This document shows, piece by piece, positions 30,247-40,756 of a stretch of DNA of 64,000 nucleotides; the stretch's first letter is position 1, and every line of letters begins with the position of its first letter. Position numbers and translations under genes: made by a program. The notes beneath the pieces are model-generated. The model was not told the origin of the DNA and ran no database searches. It was given only the letters and a program-made list of their open reading frames with translations. The stretch is taken from positions 4,416,001-4,480,000 of the forward strand of contig OZ244042.1 in NCBI GenBank assembly GCA_965215015.1, in the 5' to 3' direction. The stretch is from Candidatus Poribacteria bacterium (GTDB taxonomy: Bacteria; Poribacteria; WGA-4E; PCPOR2b).

Positions 30247-30407
30247 GCTAATAACCAATGGTGCTAGTTTACAATTGTTGAGACACTTTCCGGTCAAAAG
30301 CCAAGTGCGAAACGTGAAGGTATGGCGCAATGCACCCATGCCCCCCTGTACTGTTTACCGCTTGAGCGATGTGTAAACGATAGCCTCACCAGCTCGCGCC
30401 AAAGGTT
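30247..30407 (-). repeat. ~160-bp structured repeat, copy 1 (inverted relative to 32884-33043)
   Basis: Reverse complement aligns end to end with 32884-33043 at roughly 80-85% identity (counted by eye). Confidence 0.85.
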
Positions 30408-31444
30408 TAATACTCTCGTTCAATAAGAAAATCGATTAGATGCAGAAAGATATCTTTGGCTTGGGTTGCCGGCAAATAGGAAAATGTCTGATTAAACTGG
30501 GTATATGCCTCCTGTGCGAGTGTCTTGGCACGTTGCTGAGCGTACTGAATCGATTCATAATCTTCCATGAGATTTAATACCTCTTGAATCTCATCCTGAT
30601 GTTTTTCTGCCCGGTGCTGACTCATAATTTTAATGATGCGGTTTGCCTCCATCTGTGAGCAAACATTCAGCAGGTGGATGAGAATAAGGGTACGCTTTCC
30701 TTCGCTGATGTCTCCCGCAATCTCTTTTCCATACAGCTTTTCTTCACCGATGAGGTTGAGGACATCATCCTGAATCTGGAAGGCAACCCCAAGGTTCATG
30801 CCGATATCGACGAATAGGTCTATCTCGTTTTTGGACACCCCCGCGATGCGTGCACCGACGCGACAGGGGGTAATGCAGGTGTAAGAAGCAGTTTTCTTGA
30901 TACACATCGTCCAGTAGTCCGCTTCCGTTAGATCCCAGCGATTACTCTCAACCCAACTCAATTCAATGTGTTGCCCTTCGACGATACTATTGCTGAGTTT
31001 CGCAAATTCCGACGCAATCTCAAAGGCGAGTTCATATCCGAGCAGATCTGCGTTTCGGTTCAGCATCTCCCACATTTTACAGTGAAGTCCATCGCCCACA
31101 TTAATAGCAATCGGAATCCCATATTTCTGGTGGAGGCACGGCTCCCCACGACGCAAGTCAGAACCGTCCTCAATATCGTCGTGGATCAGTGCCCAGTTTT
31201 GCAAGAGTTCAAGCGCGGCGGCGGTATTGATAGCCTTCTGTGGGTTTCCACCGAACGCCTCGCAAATCAACAGACAGATTGCTGGGCGTAACCCTTTGCC
31301 CGCTCGGAGCGGGTAGTCTAGCATCATTTGATAAAACTGATGCACTTCAGGGTGATCGTGCTCACTGGGTAGAAAATCAAAGATATGTGCATCAATTTGC
31401 TTTTTTGTCTCTTTGAGAAATTCGAGCGGCTGGACTTTTGACAT
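30407..31444 (-). CDS. Polyprenyl diphosphate (GGPP-type) synthase
   Basis: GKGLRP, IHDDIED, GQ, KT, FQIQDD. Confidence 0.92.
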   Translation of the reverse strand: MSKVQPLEFLKETKKQIDAHIFDFLPSEHDHPEVHQFYQMMLDYPLRAGKGLRPAICLLICEAFGGNPQKAINTAAALELLQNWALIHDDIEDGSDLRRGEPCLHQKYGIPIAINVGDGLHCKMWEMLNRNADLLGYELAFEIASEFAKLSNSIVEGQHIELSWVESNRWDLTEADYWTMCIKKTASYTCITPCRVGARIAGVSKNEIDLFVDIGMNLGVAFQIQDDVLNLIGEEKLYGKEIAGDISEGKRTLILIHLLNVCSQMEANRIIKIMSQHRAEKHQDEIQEVLNLMEDYESIQYAQQRAKTLAQEAYTQFNQTFSYLPATQAKDIFLHLIDFLIEREY

Positions 31445-31834
31445 AATGAGTTATTGCCTTCTCAAGAGGGGTTTGGTATAATGTTGTATAGGGAGGGAAA
31501 TCTTGCACGTGAAATTGCCTTGATATCGCTCTCTAAAATTATACCCTATGTTTCCTCAATTTTTCAATGCCTGAGTTCCACTCTTGTAAGAAATTATGGT
31601 GACAGTTTTCGGTAAGAATGGTATACTACTTTTTATGCACGGTCAACCTGTGTATCCTACACCGTCTGCCCTTAAATTATTCTTTCACTAAAACCTAGAA
31701 AATCTTTCTGCTTGTGGGAGCAGTCTCACGGCATCATGAATAAAGCGTGAAACCAAAGGGTAGGATTCAGTTGTTCTGTAATAGCTTGAGTTACTATTTT
31801 ATGTTTCATAGCGAACAGTATCAGGAGAAAGAAT

Positions 31835-32881
31835 ATGCCCAATGTAGCACCCGAACGGTTGCGTAAAATCACTGCGGACATCTTTGAAGCAGCAAATGTC
31901 CCCGCCGAAGAAGCACAGATTATCAGCGAAATCCTTGTAGATGCCAATCTTGCAGGACACGATTCACACGGTGTCATTCGCATTCCACAATATATGGGCT
32001 TCATAGAGTCGGGCCAAATTGACCCGGGTGCCTCAATGGATATCGAGCGAGAATCCCCGTCACATGCCCTGATTAACGGCAACTGGGGATTTGGGCACGT
32101 CATCGCGCAACGGTCAATGTCGTTAGCCATTCGCAAGGCAAAATCGAGTACGGTCAGTGCTGTTAGTATCTATAATTGTAATCATATTGGTAGAATCGGT
32201 AGTTATTCCATGATGGCAGCGAAAGAGGGGTTGGTCGGGATAGTAATGGCGAACGCGGGAGGTGCCGCACTTTACGTCGCACCGTTTGGCGGTAGCGACG
32301 GACGGCTTGCAACTAATCCAATATCAATTGCTACCCCAACACGGGGTGATGAGCCCATCGTTTTGGACATCACGAGCAGCGTGGTCGCACAAGGAAAGAT
32401 TCGCGTTGCGGTGAATCGTGGCGATACTGTTCCGCTCGGTTGGTTGATTAACGGTAAAGGTGAGCCGACAACGGATCCACGTGACCTCAATGGACCACCG
32501 CCCGGTGCGTTGCTACCACTCGGAGGCATTGCGGGGCACAAAGGGTTCGCGCTTGGTTTGATGATTGATGTGCTGGGAGGGGCATTGTCCGGTGCCGGCT
32601 GTAGCGGTTCCGGCACAACAAAAGTCCAAAATGGGGTACTGATGATAGCAATTAACATTGCACAATTTACCCCGATGGAGGATTTCTACGGGCGAGTTGA
32701 TGCACTTGTCGAGCATGTGAAAGCGTCGCCGCCTGCTCCCGGTTTTGAGGAAATCCTTGTCCCCGGCGAAATCGAGTCGTGTCAAGCGAAACGTCGAGCG
32801 AGCGAGGGCATTCCAGTTGATGACGAAACGTGGAGGCAAATCCAAGAAACAGCAGCGGTAGCTGGGATTTCAGAGCTTTAG
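31835..32881 (+). CDS. Ldh_2 (malate/L-lactate/ureidoglycolate dehydrogenase) family oxidoreductase
   Basis: GHDSHGV.R, NHIGR, TNPI, GHKGFAL, PGE. Confidence 0.9.
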   Translation: MPNVAPERLRKITADIFEAANVPAEEAQIISEILVDANLAGHDSHGVIRIPQYMGFIESGQIDPGASMDIERESPSHALINGNWGFGHVIAQRSMSLAIRKAKSSTVSAVSIYNCNHIGRIGSYSMMAAKEGLVGIVMANAGGAALYVAPFGGSDGRLATNPISIATPTRGDEPIVLDITSSVVAQGKIRVAVNRGDTVPLGWLINGKGEPTTDPRDLNGPPPGALLPLGGIAGHKGFALGLMIDVLGGALSGAGCSGSGTTKVQNGVLMIAINIAQFTPMEDFYGRVDALVEHVKASPPAPGFEEILVPGEIESCQAKRRASEGIPVDDETWRQIQETAAVAGISEL

Positions 32882-32883
32882 AT

Positions 32884-33043
32884 AACCTTTGGTGCGAGCT
32901 AGCGAGGAGGTCGTTTACACATCGCTCAAACGGTAAACAGTAGGGGGGCATAGGTGCATTGCGCTATGTCTTTAGGTTTGACGCTCGGTTTTTGACCGGA
33001 GAGCATATCAACAGTTGTAAACTAGCATCATTGGTTAGATAGC
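32884..33043 (+). repeat. ~160-bp structured repeat, copy 2
   Basis: Matches 30247-30407; its 3' ~60 bp recurs at 36028-36087. Confidence 0.85.
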
Positions 33044-33070
33044 ATTTTGAAAGTCCAGTAGGGGGGTATT

Positions 33071-35749
33071 ATGGCGAAAAAACCGAAACGTTCCCCTTTG
33101 ATGGAACAGTACAAGCAATCAAAAAAACAATATCCGGATTCGATTCTCCTCTGTCGTGTCGGAGACTTCTACGAAGCATTTTACGAAGACGCTGAGCTGA
33201 TTGCTCGCGTCTTAGAGATTGCACTGACATCAAGGGATAAGGACAGCGCGGGCGGCGCAATCCCTATGGCAGGGGTTCCCCATCACGCGCTCGATTCGTA
33301 TCTTTACAAGCTGGTAAATTCGGGCTATAAGGTTGCAATTTTGGAACAGGTCGAAGATGCGAAAAAAGCGAGGGAGGAGAACCGGCTTGTCAAACGCAAC
33401 CTTGTTCGTATTGTAACAGCCGGCACTGTCACAGATCCAAAGGTTCTGGATGGAAAAACGAATAACTACCTCGTCAGTATTTATCCGCTCAAAGACTATT
33501 ACGGTTTGGCAGCGGTCGATCTTTCGACAGGAGAATTTACGGTAACGGAACTGGAAAACTTGGCAAAGCTCTGGTCAGAGATTCATCGGTTCGCTCCAAA
33601 AGAATGCCTTTTTTCTGAGGATTTCGATGATTCGGAGATACTAGACCAGATTCAGACGGATTTAAAGGCGGTCGTCAACTATCTCCCAGATTGGCGTTTC
33701 TCGTTTGATACGGCGCGGTCTGAGCTCGTCCAACACTTTAACACCCTTTCACTGGAGGGGTTCGGATGCGAACATTTGCCTGCTGCAATCTGTGCGGCAG
33801 GGGCGTTGGTCTACTACCTCTACGAAACCCAGAAACAGGAGGTGAAACATATTGTCTCCCTCCACACTTACACGATTTCCGACTTTATGCTTCTGGAAGC
33901 AGATACACAACGGAACTTAGAATTGACGACCTCTATCCGCGACGGTTCATCGAAGGGAACACTGCTGGAAGTGATGGACGAAACTGTGACACCGATGGGC
34001 GCGCGAAAACTCCGTCAGTGCATCTTGCAACCGCTGCTGCAGCCAGCGGAAATCAACGCCCGCTTGGACGCTGTTGATGAGTTGAAAAACCGGATTGGAT
34101 TGCAGGAGGAGTTACGGGAGCGATTAAGTAAGGTGTACGACATGGAACGGTTGATTTCTCGCATTAGCTTGGGTTCGGCGAATGCACGAGATCTCATCGC
34201 GCTGAAAGACTCGCTGCGCCTGCTTCCAGCGGTTAAGAACCAACTCAAGGATTGTGAAGCATCGCTATTGCGGACCTTGAATGAAAACCTTAATCCGCTG
34301 ACGGAATTAGCAGATCTGATTGAGACGTCCATCCATCCCGATCCGCCGGCAACGATTCGTGAAGGTAGATTAATCAACGATGGTTACAACGAACAGTTGG
34401 ATGAATTGCGCGGGATTACCAGCGAAGGAAAAAACTGGATTGCGGAACTTCAACAGAAAGAACGCGATAAGGTCAACATCCCTTCACTGAAAATCGGATT
34501 CAATCAGGTCTTCGGATACTACATTGAGGTTACCAAGCCAAATTTGCATCTTGTCCCAGAATATTATATCCGCAAACAGACGTTGACCAATGCCGAGCGA
34601 TTCATCACGCCAGAGCTCAAGGAACGAGAATCGCAGATCCTGAACGCACAAGATCAGATTCAGACGCTTGAATACGACCTCTTTTGCGAAGTGCGCACCC
34701 AAGTTGCAGGTGAAACCGAGGGGATCCAGAAAGCTGCCGCCATAGTTGCGATGATTGATGTCGCCGCTGGGCTTGCTTATATCGCCTCCAAATACGATTA
34801 CGCCAAGCCGATTATTGATGAGAGTGACGAAGTCATCATTCGGAACGGGCGACACCCCGTCGTTGAACGGCTTTTTACGCAGGAAGGGTTTGTACCCAAC
34901 GATACAGCGTTGAACTGCCGTGAGCAGCAGATGCACATTATCACCGGTCCAAATATGAGCGGCAAAAGTACATTTCTCCGTCAGACAGCACTCATCACGC
35001 TGATGGCACAGATGGGCAGCTTTGTTCCCGCGTCTGCAGCGAAGATCGGGATTGTAGACCGGATTTTCACCCGCGTTGGTGCCTCCGATAACCTTGTGAT
35101 GGGGCAGAGCACCTTCCTCGTAGAGATGAACGAAACGGCAAATATCCTGAACAACGCAACGCGCAAGAGCCTAATTATCCTTGACGAGATTGGGCGCGGC
35201 ACCAGTACATTTGATGGACTGAGTATTGCGTGGGCAGTGGTGGAATACATTTTGGACGAGAAGCGAATCGGCGCGAAGACACTGTTTGCAACCCACTATC
35301 ATGAATTAATCGAACTCGCCGGTAAATATAAGAATGTGAAAAATTACAATGTTGCTGTCCATGAGGATGGCGAAACGGTGACTTTTCTACGAAAGGTTGT
35401 AAAGGGGGGAACGGATCAGAGCTACGGGATTCATGTTGCACGTCTCGCCGGCTTGCCGCAGGTTGTCATTGAGCGGGCAAACCAAATCTTGGAAGTCCTC
35501 GAACAACACAATCTGAGCATCGAAGGCGAGCAATCGGACCAGCCTCCGCTAAAATCGGCTACGAAAGCCCCACGACCTCGCCGTCGAATATCGAAGTCTA
35601 CCTTCCAAGGAGATTCTCTACAACTCGCCCTGTTCACACCGAAAACGCACCCTATTGTTGAGGAACTTCAGAACACTGAACTTAATCAGATGACCCCGAT
35701 GGATGCGCTGAATCTCGTCTATCATCTTAAGGCGAAAGCGGAGGAATGA
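33071..35749 (+). CDS. mutS: DNA mismatch repair protein MutS
   Basis: GDFYE, TGPNMSGKST, STFLVEM, DEIGRGTST, SYGIHVA. Confidence 0.98.
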   Translation: MAKKPKRSPLMEQYKQSKKQYPDSILLCRVGDFYEAFYEDAELIARVLEIALTSRDKDSAGGAIPMAGVPHHALDSYLYKLVNSGYKVAILEQVEDAKKAREENRLVKRNLVRIVTAGTVTDPKVLDGKTNNYLVSIYPLKDYYGLAAVDLSTGEFTVTELENLAKLWSEIHRFAPKECLFSEDFDDSEILDQIQTDLKAVVNYLPDWRFSFDTARSELVQHFNTLSLEGFGCEHLPAAICAAGALVYYLYETQKQEVKHIVSLHTYTISDFMLLEADTQRNLELTTSIRDGSSKGTLLEVMDETVTPMGARKLRQCILQPLLQPAEINARLDAVDELKNRIGLQEELRERLSKVYDMERLISRISLGSANARDLIALKDSLRLLPAVKNQLKDCEASLLRTLNENLNPLTELADLIETSIHPDPPATIREGRLINDGYNEQLDELRGITSEGKNWIAELQQKERDKVNIPSLKIGFNQVFGYYIEVTKPNLHLVPEYYIRKQTLTNAERFITPELKERESQILNAQDQIQTLEYDLFCEVRTQVAGETEGIQKAAAIVAMIDVAAGLAYIASKYDYAKPIIDESDEVIIRNGRHPVVERLFTQEGFVPNDTALNCREQQMHIITGPNMSGKSTFLRQTALITLMAQMGSFVPASAAKIGIVDRIFTRVGASDNLVMGQSTFLVEMNETANILNNATRKSLIILDEIGRGTSTFDGLSIAWAVVEYILDEKRIGAKTLFATHYHELIELAGKYKNVKNYNVAVHEDGETVTFLRKVVKGGTDQSYGIHVARLAGLPQVVIERANQILEVLEQHNLSIEGEQSDQPPLKSATKAPRPRRRISKSTFQGDSLQLALFTPKTHPIVEELQNTELNQMTPMDALNLVYHLKAKAEE

Positions 35750-35769
35750 GGCTTTAATCTTAATTGATT

Positions 35770-36020
35770 TAGGAGTTACGCATTTCAATAGGGAACCTCG
35801 ATCTGTGTTCCCTACTGACCCATTTTATGGAGCCTGTACTGTAGTTGCCCGACTCATCGGGCGTTGGGAACGGTATCCAACGGCGATAAATCGCCGAGGA
35901 TACCATGACTCTAGCGCAATAGAATACCAGACACGGTTGCGCCACACGATTGGCTCAATCGGTCCGGGACATTGCACTATAGTCCGGAGGTTTTCAACCC
36001 ACCATGACCATTTACGCATC
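35770..36020 (+). mobile_element. Family A element, left part only
   Basis: TAGGAGTTACGCA followed by the same internal modules as 2082 and 10063; no right end found. Confidence 0.6.
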
Positions 36021-36027
36021 ACGTTTC

Positions 36028-36087
36028 ACTCTCAGTTTTTGACTGGGAGAGCGTATCAACAGTTGCAAACTAACATCATTGGCTAAG
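36028..36087 (+). repeat. Partial third copy of the 160-bp repeat
   Basis: CTCAGTTTTTGACTGGGAGAGCGTATCAACAGTTGCAAACTAACATCATTGG aligns with 32981-33038. Confidence 0.75.
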
Positions 36088-36096
36088 GAGTCAACT

Positions 36097-37107
36097 ATGT
36101 CTAAAATCCGATTAGGGATTATCGGTTGTGGCGGAAATTCGTCGGGTCATGCCCGCCGAATGAATGAAAATCCCGACGTCCAGATTGTCGGCACCTGTGA
36201 TGTGAACACCGACATTGCTAACAGTTATATCGATCGTAACCTACCAGAACTGGATCCGCGTCCAGCTGCCTTCGATAATATCCCAGAGATGCTCGATGAA
36301 ACGGCACCCGATGCTGTGGTGATTTCCACACCACACACGCTTCACTTTGAACACGGTATGCACGCCCTCAATGCGGGTTGCCATGTATTGGTGGAAAAGC
36401 CGATGGTGACAGCAGCGCAGGACGCATATACATTAGCCGAAAAAGTCAAAAAGACGGGTAAGGTGTTTACCATTGGCTATAATACCCCTTGCTCGGCGAA
36501 TTTTTACTATATCCGCGAATGCATCCGCAACCAAACACTCGGTAAGTTGGAATTGGTGATCGGCTATATTACACAGAATTGGCTTCGCGCAACGAAGGGG
36601 GCGTGGCGGCAAGTGCCAGAATTGTCTGGCGGTGGGCAAGCGTATGATAGTGGGGCGCATTTGTTCAATAGCCTGTGCTGGTCTGTTGAATCCAGCGTTG
36701 CTGAAGTCCATTCCTTCATAGACAATTGCGGCGCGGCAGTTGATATCAACAGTTCAACCAACATCCGGTTTAAAGACGGGGTTTTCGCGAGTATTGTCGT
36801 CAGCGGCAACTGCCCAAGCCCCGGTGGTACCCACATGGCTTTCATTTTTGATAACGGTCGAATCGAAGTTGACGGCTGGGGCGGCGGTTGGATTCGGGTC
36901 TATGAAGGTGGAGAACAGCTTGACCCACCACTAATTACCCAGGAGATGTCCGCGGGTTCACCAGATGACAACTTCATCGATGCCATTCTTGGCCGCGCTG
37001 AACCTCGCACCAGTCCGATGAACGGGATTATCCAGTCGGAGTTGATGGATGCTATCTACGAATCAAGTCGCACGGGGCTGCCCGCCCGACCCGTACGGCG
37101 CGACTAA
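36097..37107 (+). CDS. Gfo/Idh/MocA family oxidoreductase
   Basis: IIGCG, EKP, DSGAH. Confidence 0.9.
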   Translation: MSKIRLGIIGCGGNSSGHARRMNENPDVQIVGTCDVNTDIANSYIDRNLPELDPRPAAFDNIPEMLDETAPDAVVISTPHTLHFEHGMHALNAGCHVLVEKPMVTAAQDAYTLAEKVKKTGKVFTIGYNTPCSANFYYIRECIRNQTLGKLELVIGYITQNWLRATKGAWRQVPELSGGGQAYDSGAHLFNSLCWSVESSVAEVHSFIDNCGAAVDINSSTNIRFKDGVFASIVVSGNCPSPGGTHMAFIFDNGRIEVDGWGGGWIRVYEGGEQLDPPLITQEMSAGSPDDNFIDAILGRAEPRTSPMNGIIQSELMDAIYESSRTGLPARPVRRD

Positions 37108-37185
37108 GAGTCTGTTTGAAAATCTAAGGGGCTATGATAAAAGAAGGCAAAAGAAATAGAAATACTCAATTTTTTTGACATCCGG

Positions 37186-37420
37186 TAGGAGTTACGCCCT
37201 TGAGTTTGTCGTAACGCAATTTAACCCGCGTCTTTTCTTTAAGGTAGTAACCCCACGTCCCGCTTGCGGGGAGATTAGAAGGGGACAGCACGCGGAGCGT
37301 GCCTACTACTTTGGGATTAACTGTTGCTGCTCGATGAATCGGGCAACTACAATCTGAGGTCTGTAATCCTGTTTTTTAAGTACACAGGTTCGGACGGACA
37401 TTTACGCACTACGCTTTACG
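37186..37420 (+). mobile_element. Family A element, left part only
   Basis: TAGGAGTTACG...TGAGTTTGT and GCACGCGGAGCGTGCCTAC / CGATGAATCGGGCAACTAC modules. Confidence 0.6.
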
Positions 37421-37442
37421 TTTTGGGGAACGGAGGATACCG

Positions 37443-38519
37443 ATGCAAACATATCGCGCGGCGGTTATCGGCTGTAGCCGAATGGGCGCATTCATCGACA
37501 ACGAAGGAGTTGGGCATCTTGCATCTGAAATAACCGACTACCTAGCGCAGAATTTCCCACGATCACATGCTGCCAGTTTTTTTGCAGAGGAGCGGATAGA
37601 CCTCATCGCTTGCTCTGATCTCCGTACCGAAGTGATGACAGCATTCGGCAAACGATACAACGTCTCGAAAGCACGGCAGTATACCGATTATCAGGAGATG
37701 CTTGAAAAGGAGCAGCCGGATATCGTTAGTGTCGCAACGCAGCCGGAACAACGTGCGGAGGTCGTTATCTATGCTGCGGAGCACGGTGTCAAAGCCATCT
37801 ATGCGGAAAAGGCGATGGCGGCATCAATGGACGAGGCGGATGCGATGGTAGAGGTGGTTGAACGCAACGGCGTCGCGTTCAATTTAGGCACCAATCGCCG
37901 TTGGGATACCGGCTTTGATAAGATGAAGGAGATTATTGATAGTGGCGAGTTGGGCGCGCTGCGGACGTTGATTATTTACGGCAACGGATCGCTTTTCAAT
38001 ACCGCTAGCCATAACTTTGATCTCATCCTACGGCTCAATAGCGATGCACCGGCGTCTTGGGTTTCAGCGCATCTTCCAGATGGAAACCAAATCATTGATG
38101 GGGATATCGTCCGAGAAGACCCAAGCGGCCAAGGCATGATCCAGTTTTCAAACGGCGTGACGGCACACGCTCTGCTGGCGCAGCTGGGGTGGGAGGCTAT
38201 CTGTGAGAAGGGAAGCATCACTAGCTCCCGAGATGGTGCGATGTGGCAAATCCGCTGTCAAAACAGGCTTCAATCCTTTCCCAGATTTGAACGTACCAGC
38301 AGCGGGGCGAATATTGTAAAAGACCTTGTTCATGCGTTGGATACGGGTGAACCGACACGCGGCGGGGTTCGTGTCGCACACGCAAGCACGGAGTTGATTT
38401 TTGCGTTTATGGAATCCCATTTACGGAACGGGGCGCGGGTGGATCTCCCACTAAAGGGAAGTAAGCTGCGTTTACAGCGAGACCGTGGGCCGAGACAACC
38501 AAGATTCAATCCACAATAA
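37443..38519 (+). CDS. Gfo/Idh/MocA family oxidoreductase
   Basis: [16 protein letters not shown]; similar to 62087..63196. Confidence 0.85.
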   Translation: MQTYRAAVIGCSRMGAFIDNEGVGHLASEITDYLAQNFPRSHAASFFAEERIDLIACSDLRTEVMTAFGKRYNVSKARQYTDYQEMLEKEQPDIVSVATQPEQRAEVVIYAAEHGVKAIYAEKAMAASMDEADAMVEVVERNGVAFNLGTNRRWDTGFDKMKEIIDSGELGALRTLIIYGNGSLFNTASHNFDLILRLNSDAPASWVSAHLPDGNQIIDGDIVREDPSGQGMIQFSNGVTAHALLAQLGWEAICEKGSITSSRDGAMWQIRCQNRLQSFPRFERTSSGANIVKDLVHALDTGEPTRGGVRVAHASTELIFAFMESHLRNGARVDLPLKGSKLRLQRDRGPRQPRFNPQ

Positions 38520-38544
38520 TCAACCGTTGCAAAGAGGAGAGCCT

Positions 38545-38895
38545 ATGGCAGAAGAAACAATTTTCAGTAAAATTATCCGCAAAGAAATACCTGCCGACAT
38601 CGTGTATCAAGATGATTTAGTAACCGCTTTTCGGGACATCAACCCCCGGGCACCCACGCATATCTTGATTATCCCGAATAATTTGATTCCTACCGTTGAT
38701 GATGTGACCCCTGAAGATGAGCAGACTTTGGGACGCTTGTTCACAGCCGCGTCGAAAATCGCGAGAGCGGAGGGGATTGCTGAGGATGGCTATCGTTTGA
38801 TCGTCAACTGTCGGCAGCATGGCGGACAGGAGGTCTATCATCTGCACATGCACCTGCTCGGGGGCCGTCTATTGGGTCGAATGATAGCGGATTAG
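38545..38895 (+). CDS. hinT: HIT-family purine nucleoside phosphoramidase HinT
   Basis: [25 protein letters not shown]. Confidence 0.95.
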   Translation: MAEETIFSKIIRKEIPADIVYQDDLVTAFRDINPRAPTHILIIPNNLIPTVDDVTPEDEQTLGRLFTAASKIARAEGIAEDGYRLIVNCRQHGGQEVYHLHMHLLGGRLLGRMIAD

Positions 38896-38907
38896 TAACG
38901 CTGCGTT

Positions 38908-40131
38908 TCACAATCGTAGGTCAAAGATAGTTTTCACTGCGCCGGATCTACCGGTGGACATCGCAGATTGGACAGCTTGTCGGTAATCCTTGAGCGAGAA
39001 CCGTTTGCCGATTAAACGGAGCAGCCTATCCCCCATCTGTTCTAGCAGTCGAATCCCAAGTGCAAAGGTACGGATTTCCTCACCTGCGTAGCTTTCGACG
39101 CCGTAAGTATATGCGCCGCTGACCTTCAATTCCTTATACCAAACTGAAGTCCAATCGATGTTTTTCGGAATCGCGGGCATACCCACAAGCATGACGCGTC
39201 CTTGCGCTCGTGTAAAGCGGAGGGCGTCGTCGATTGTTGTGGCGGAGGCGACACAATCAAACGTCGCATCAACGCCGCCTAGCAAGACAGGTTTACCCAG
39301 TTCCGGCTGATGGCTTTCCGCCTCTGTTAAGTAGCAGAAATTTGTGTAGAGCGACTTATCGGAGGAAAGGATTTCATCTGCACCGAGCTCGCTTGCGAGT
39401 TGACGCTGATGGGGGTACTTGGCAACAATTAGGATGCGGTTCGATTTCCCGATTGCGCGGATCGCCGCAACGGTGAGCAGCCCAACCGTCCCCGCCCCGA
39501 TGATTAGGACTTCGTCCGCGTCTGTGAGGTCGGCTTTCAAAACACCATGTAACGCACAGGCAAACGGTTCGAGCAGCACAGCGATTTCATCGGAGAGACC
39601 TTCTGGCAAGTGGTGGATTTGATTTTTATGTGCTAGAAAGTAAGGACTCCAGCTCCCACCGGTGTCCCGACAATATCCTGTCTGAATACCTGCCGAGATA
39701 TTCCCTTTTGTAATGTTCTCACAGTTCGCAAAATGCCCTTGTCTGCACTGGTAACAGGCGGGTTCAATGCCGCGGATTTCGCACGACAGCACAGGTTCAA
39801 TGACAACGCGATCTCCGATGGTATACCCCTCAACCCCTTCCCCTATCTCTGCAATTTCTCCGACTACCTCGTGTCCAAGCACAAACGGACACGACGTGAA
39901 CGGCGAGAAGTATGGACTGCCCTTCGCCGTAATGGTCGCAAGATCTGAGCCGCAGATTCCGCTCAACCGCGTCTTGATTTTTACCCAATCCGGTGCAGGC
40001 AAATGCGGCTCATCAATCTCAGCCAAACGGATACATGAAATACTAGAGGTGTAAAGCCAATTCCAGTGTTTCCCTAGGAGGCGCACCATTAGGTAGCGTG
40101 GCACGCTTTTAATATATTGGATAGCTTGCAT
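38908..40131 (-). CDS. Zinc-binding alcohol dehydrogenase (MDR family)
   Basis: GICGSD, GHE, structural Zn cysteines, GAGTVG. Confidence 0.9.
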   Translation of the reverse strand: MQAIQYIKSVPRYLMVRLLGKHWNWLYTSSISCIRLAEIDEPHLPAPDWVKIKTRLSGICGSDLATITAKGSPYFSPFTSCPFVLGHEVVGEIAEIGEGVEGYTIGDRVVIEPVLSCEIRGIEPACYQCRQGHFANCENITKGNISAGIQTGYCRDTGGSWSPYFLAHKNQIHHLPEGLSDEIAVLLEPFACALHGVLKADLTDADEVLIIGAGTVGLLTVAAIRAIGKSNRILIVAKYPHQRQLASELGADEILSSDKSLYTNFCYLTEAESHQPELGKPVLLGGVDATFDCVASATTIDDALRFTRAQGRVMLVGMPAIPKNIDWTSVWYKELKVSGAYTYGVESYAGEEIRTFALGIRLLEQMGDRLLRLIGKRFSLKDYRQAVQSAMSTGRSGAVKTIFDLRL

Positions 40132-40200
40132 GGTTTCGTAAAATGATAATGGAGGGTATATTAACGGACATTGCCACCCGTTTCCACGCTGAGGCTACGG

Positions 40201-40245
40201 GTCGGGCAAGTTGAAAATCCCGATTTATCGGGGAGGCCCGACCTA
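40201..40245 (-). repeat. GTAG-type REP hairpin with a nested TCCCGATTTATCGGGA palindrome
   Basis: Compare the uninterrupted copy at 56067-56089. Confidence 0.65.
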
Positions 40246-40292
40246 CGGGTATGTTGTGTTTGATATACATACCACCGCTTGGGGTTACTATA

Positions 40293-40728
40293 ACCTAAGT
40301 TGCTAGGTTCTGTTGACATAGGTGAAGTGTGTGCGAATGAGATACACAGTACACAATGGGTTGGGAGCCCCAACCCCTACGACGTGAACCGTGCTTACAT
40401 GGCATAAAGTAAGCTTCAAAGCCAACCAGAGAAATCGTAGGGACTTGGTTCCCTCGCCCGTTCCCCACCTCTCACTCTTGTCGGTCGAGATTTATATCTT
40501 GACCTCCAAATGTCAACACGCCCTAAGTATTAAAAATCTATTGATTTTCCGTTAAGGTTGAAGCATTCTACCTTCGCTCCAGAGGAGCGCAATAGATAGT
40601 AGTAGGGGTTCCAACTGCTCATAAGTCAATTACCTCTCAGGTTAGCAAACCTGCGCCACGATTGTATTGTAATTGTCAGGTGGTGACTTGAGCGAAAATG
40701 CCATGGTTATCCAACTAGCCACTTGGGT
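40293..40728. mobile_element. MITE-like element, family C, with a nested family B element
   Basis: ACCTAAGTTGCTAG ... CTAGCCACTTGGGT flanked by TACTATA direct repeats. Confidence 0.65.
40304..40525. mobile_element. MITE-like element, family B (IS5-like ends)
   Basis: TAGGTTCTGTTGACAT ... ATGTCAACACGCCCTA. Confidence 0.65.
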
Positions 40729-40756
40729 TACTATAACTTATAGGGGACTCATGGTA

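Noticed and set aside
40280-40300. I-CeuI-like homing endonuclease site or rRNA fragment
   Set aside because: Similarity is limited to ACTATAAC; explained by a MITE end plus target duplication
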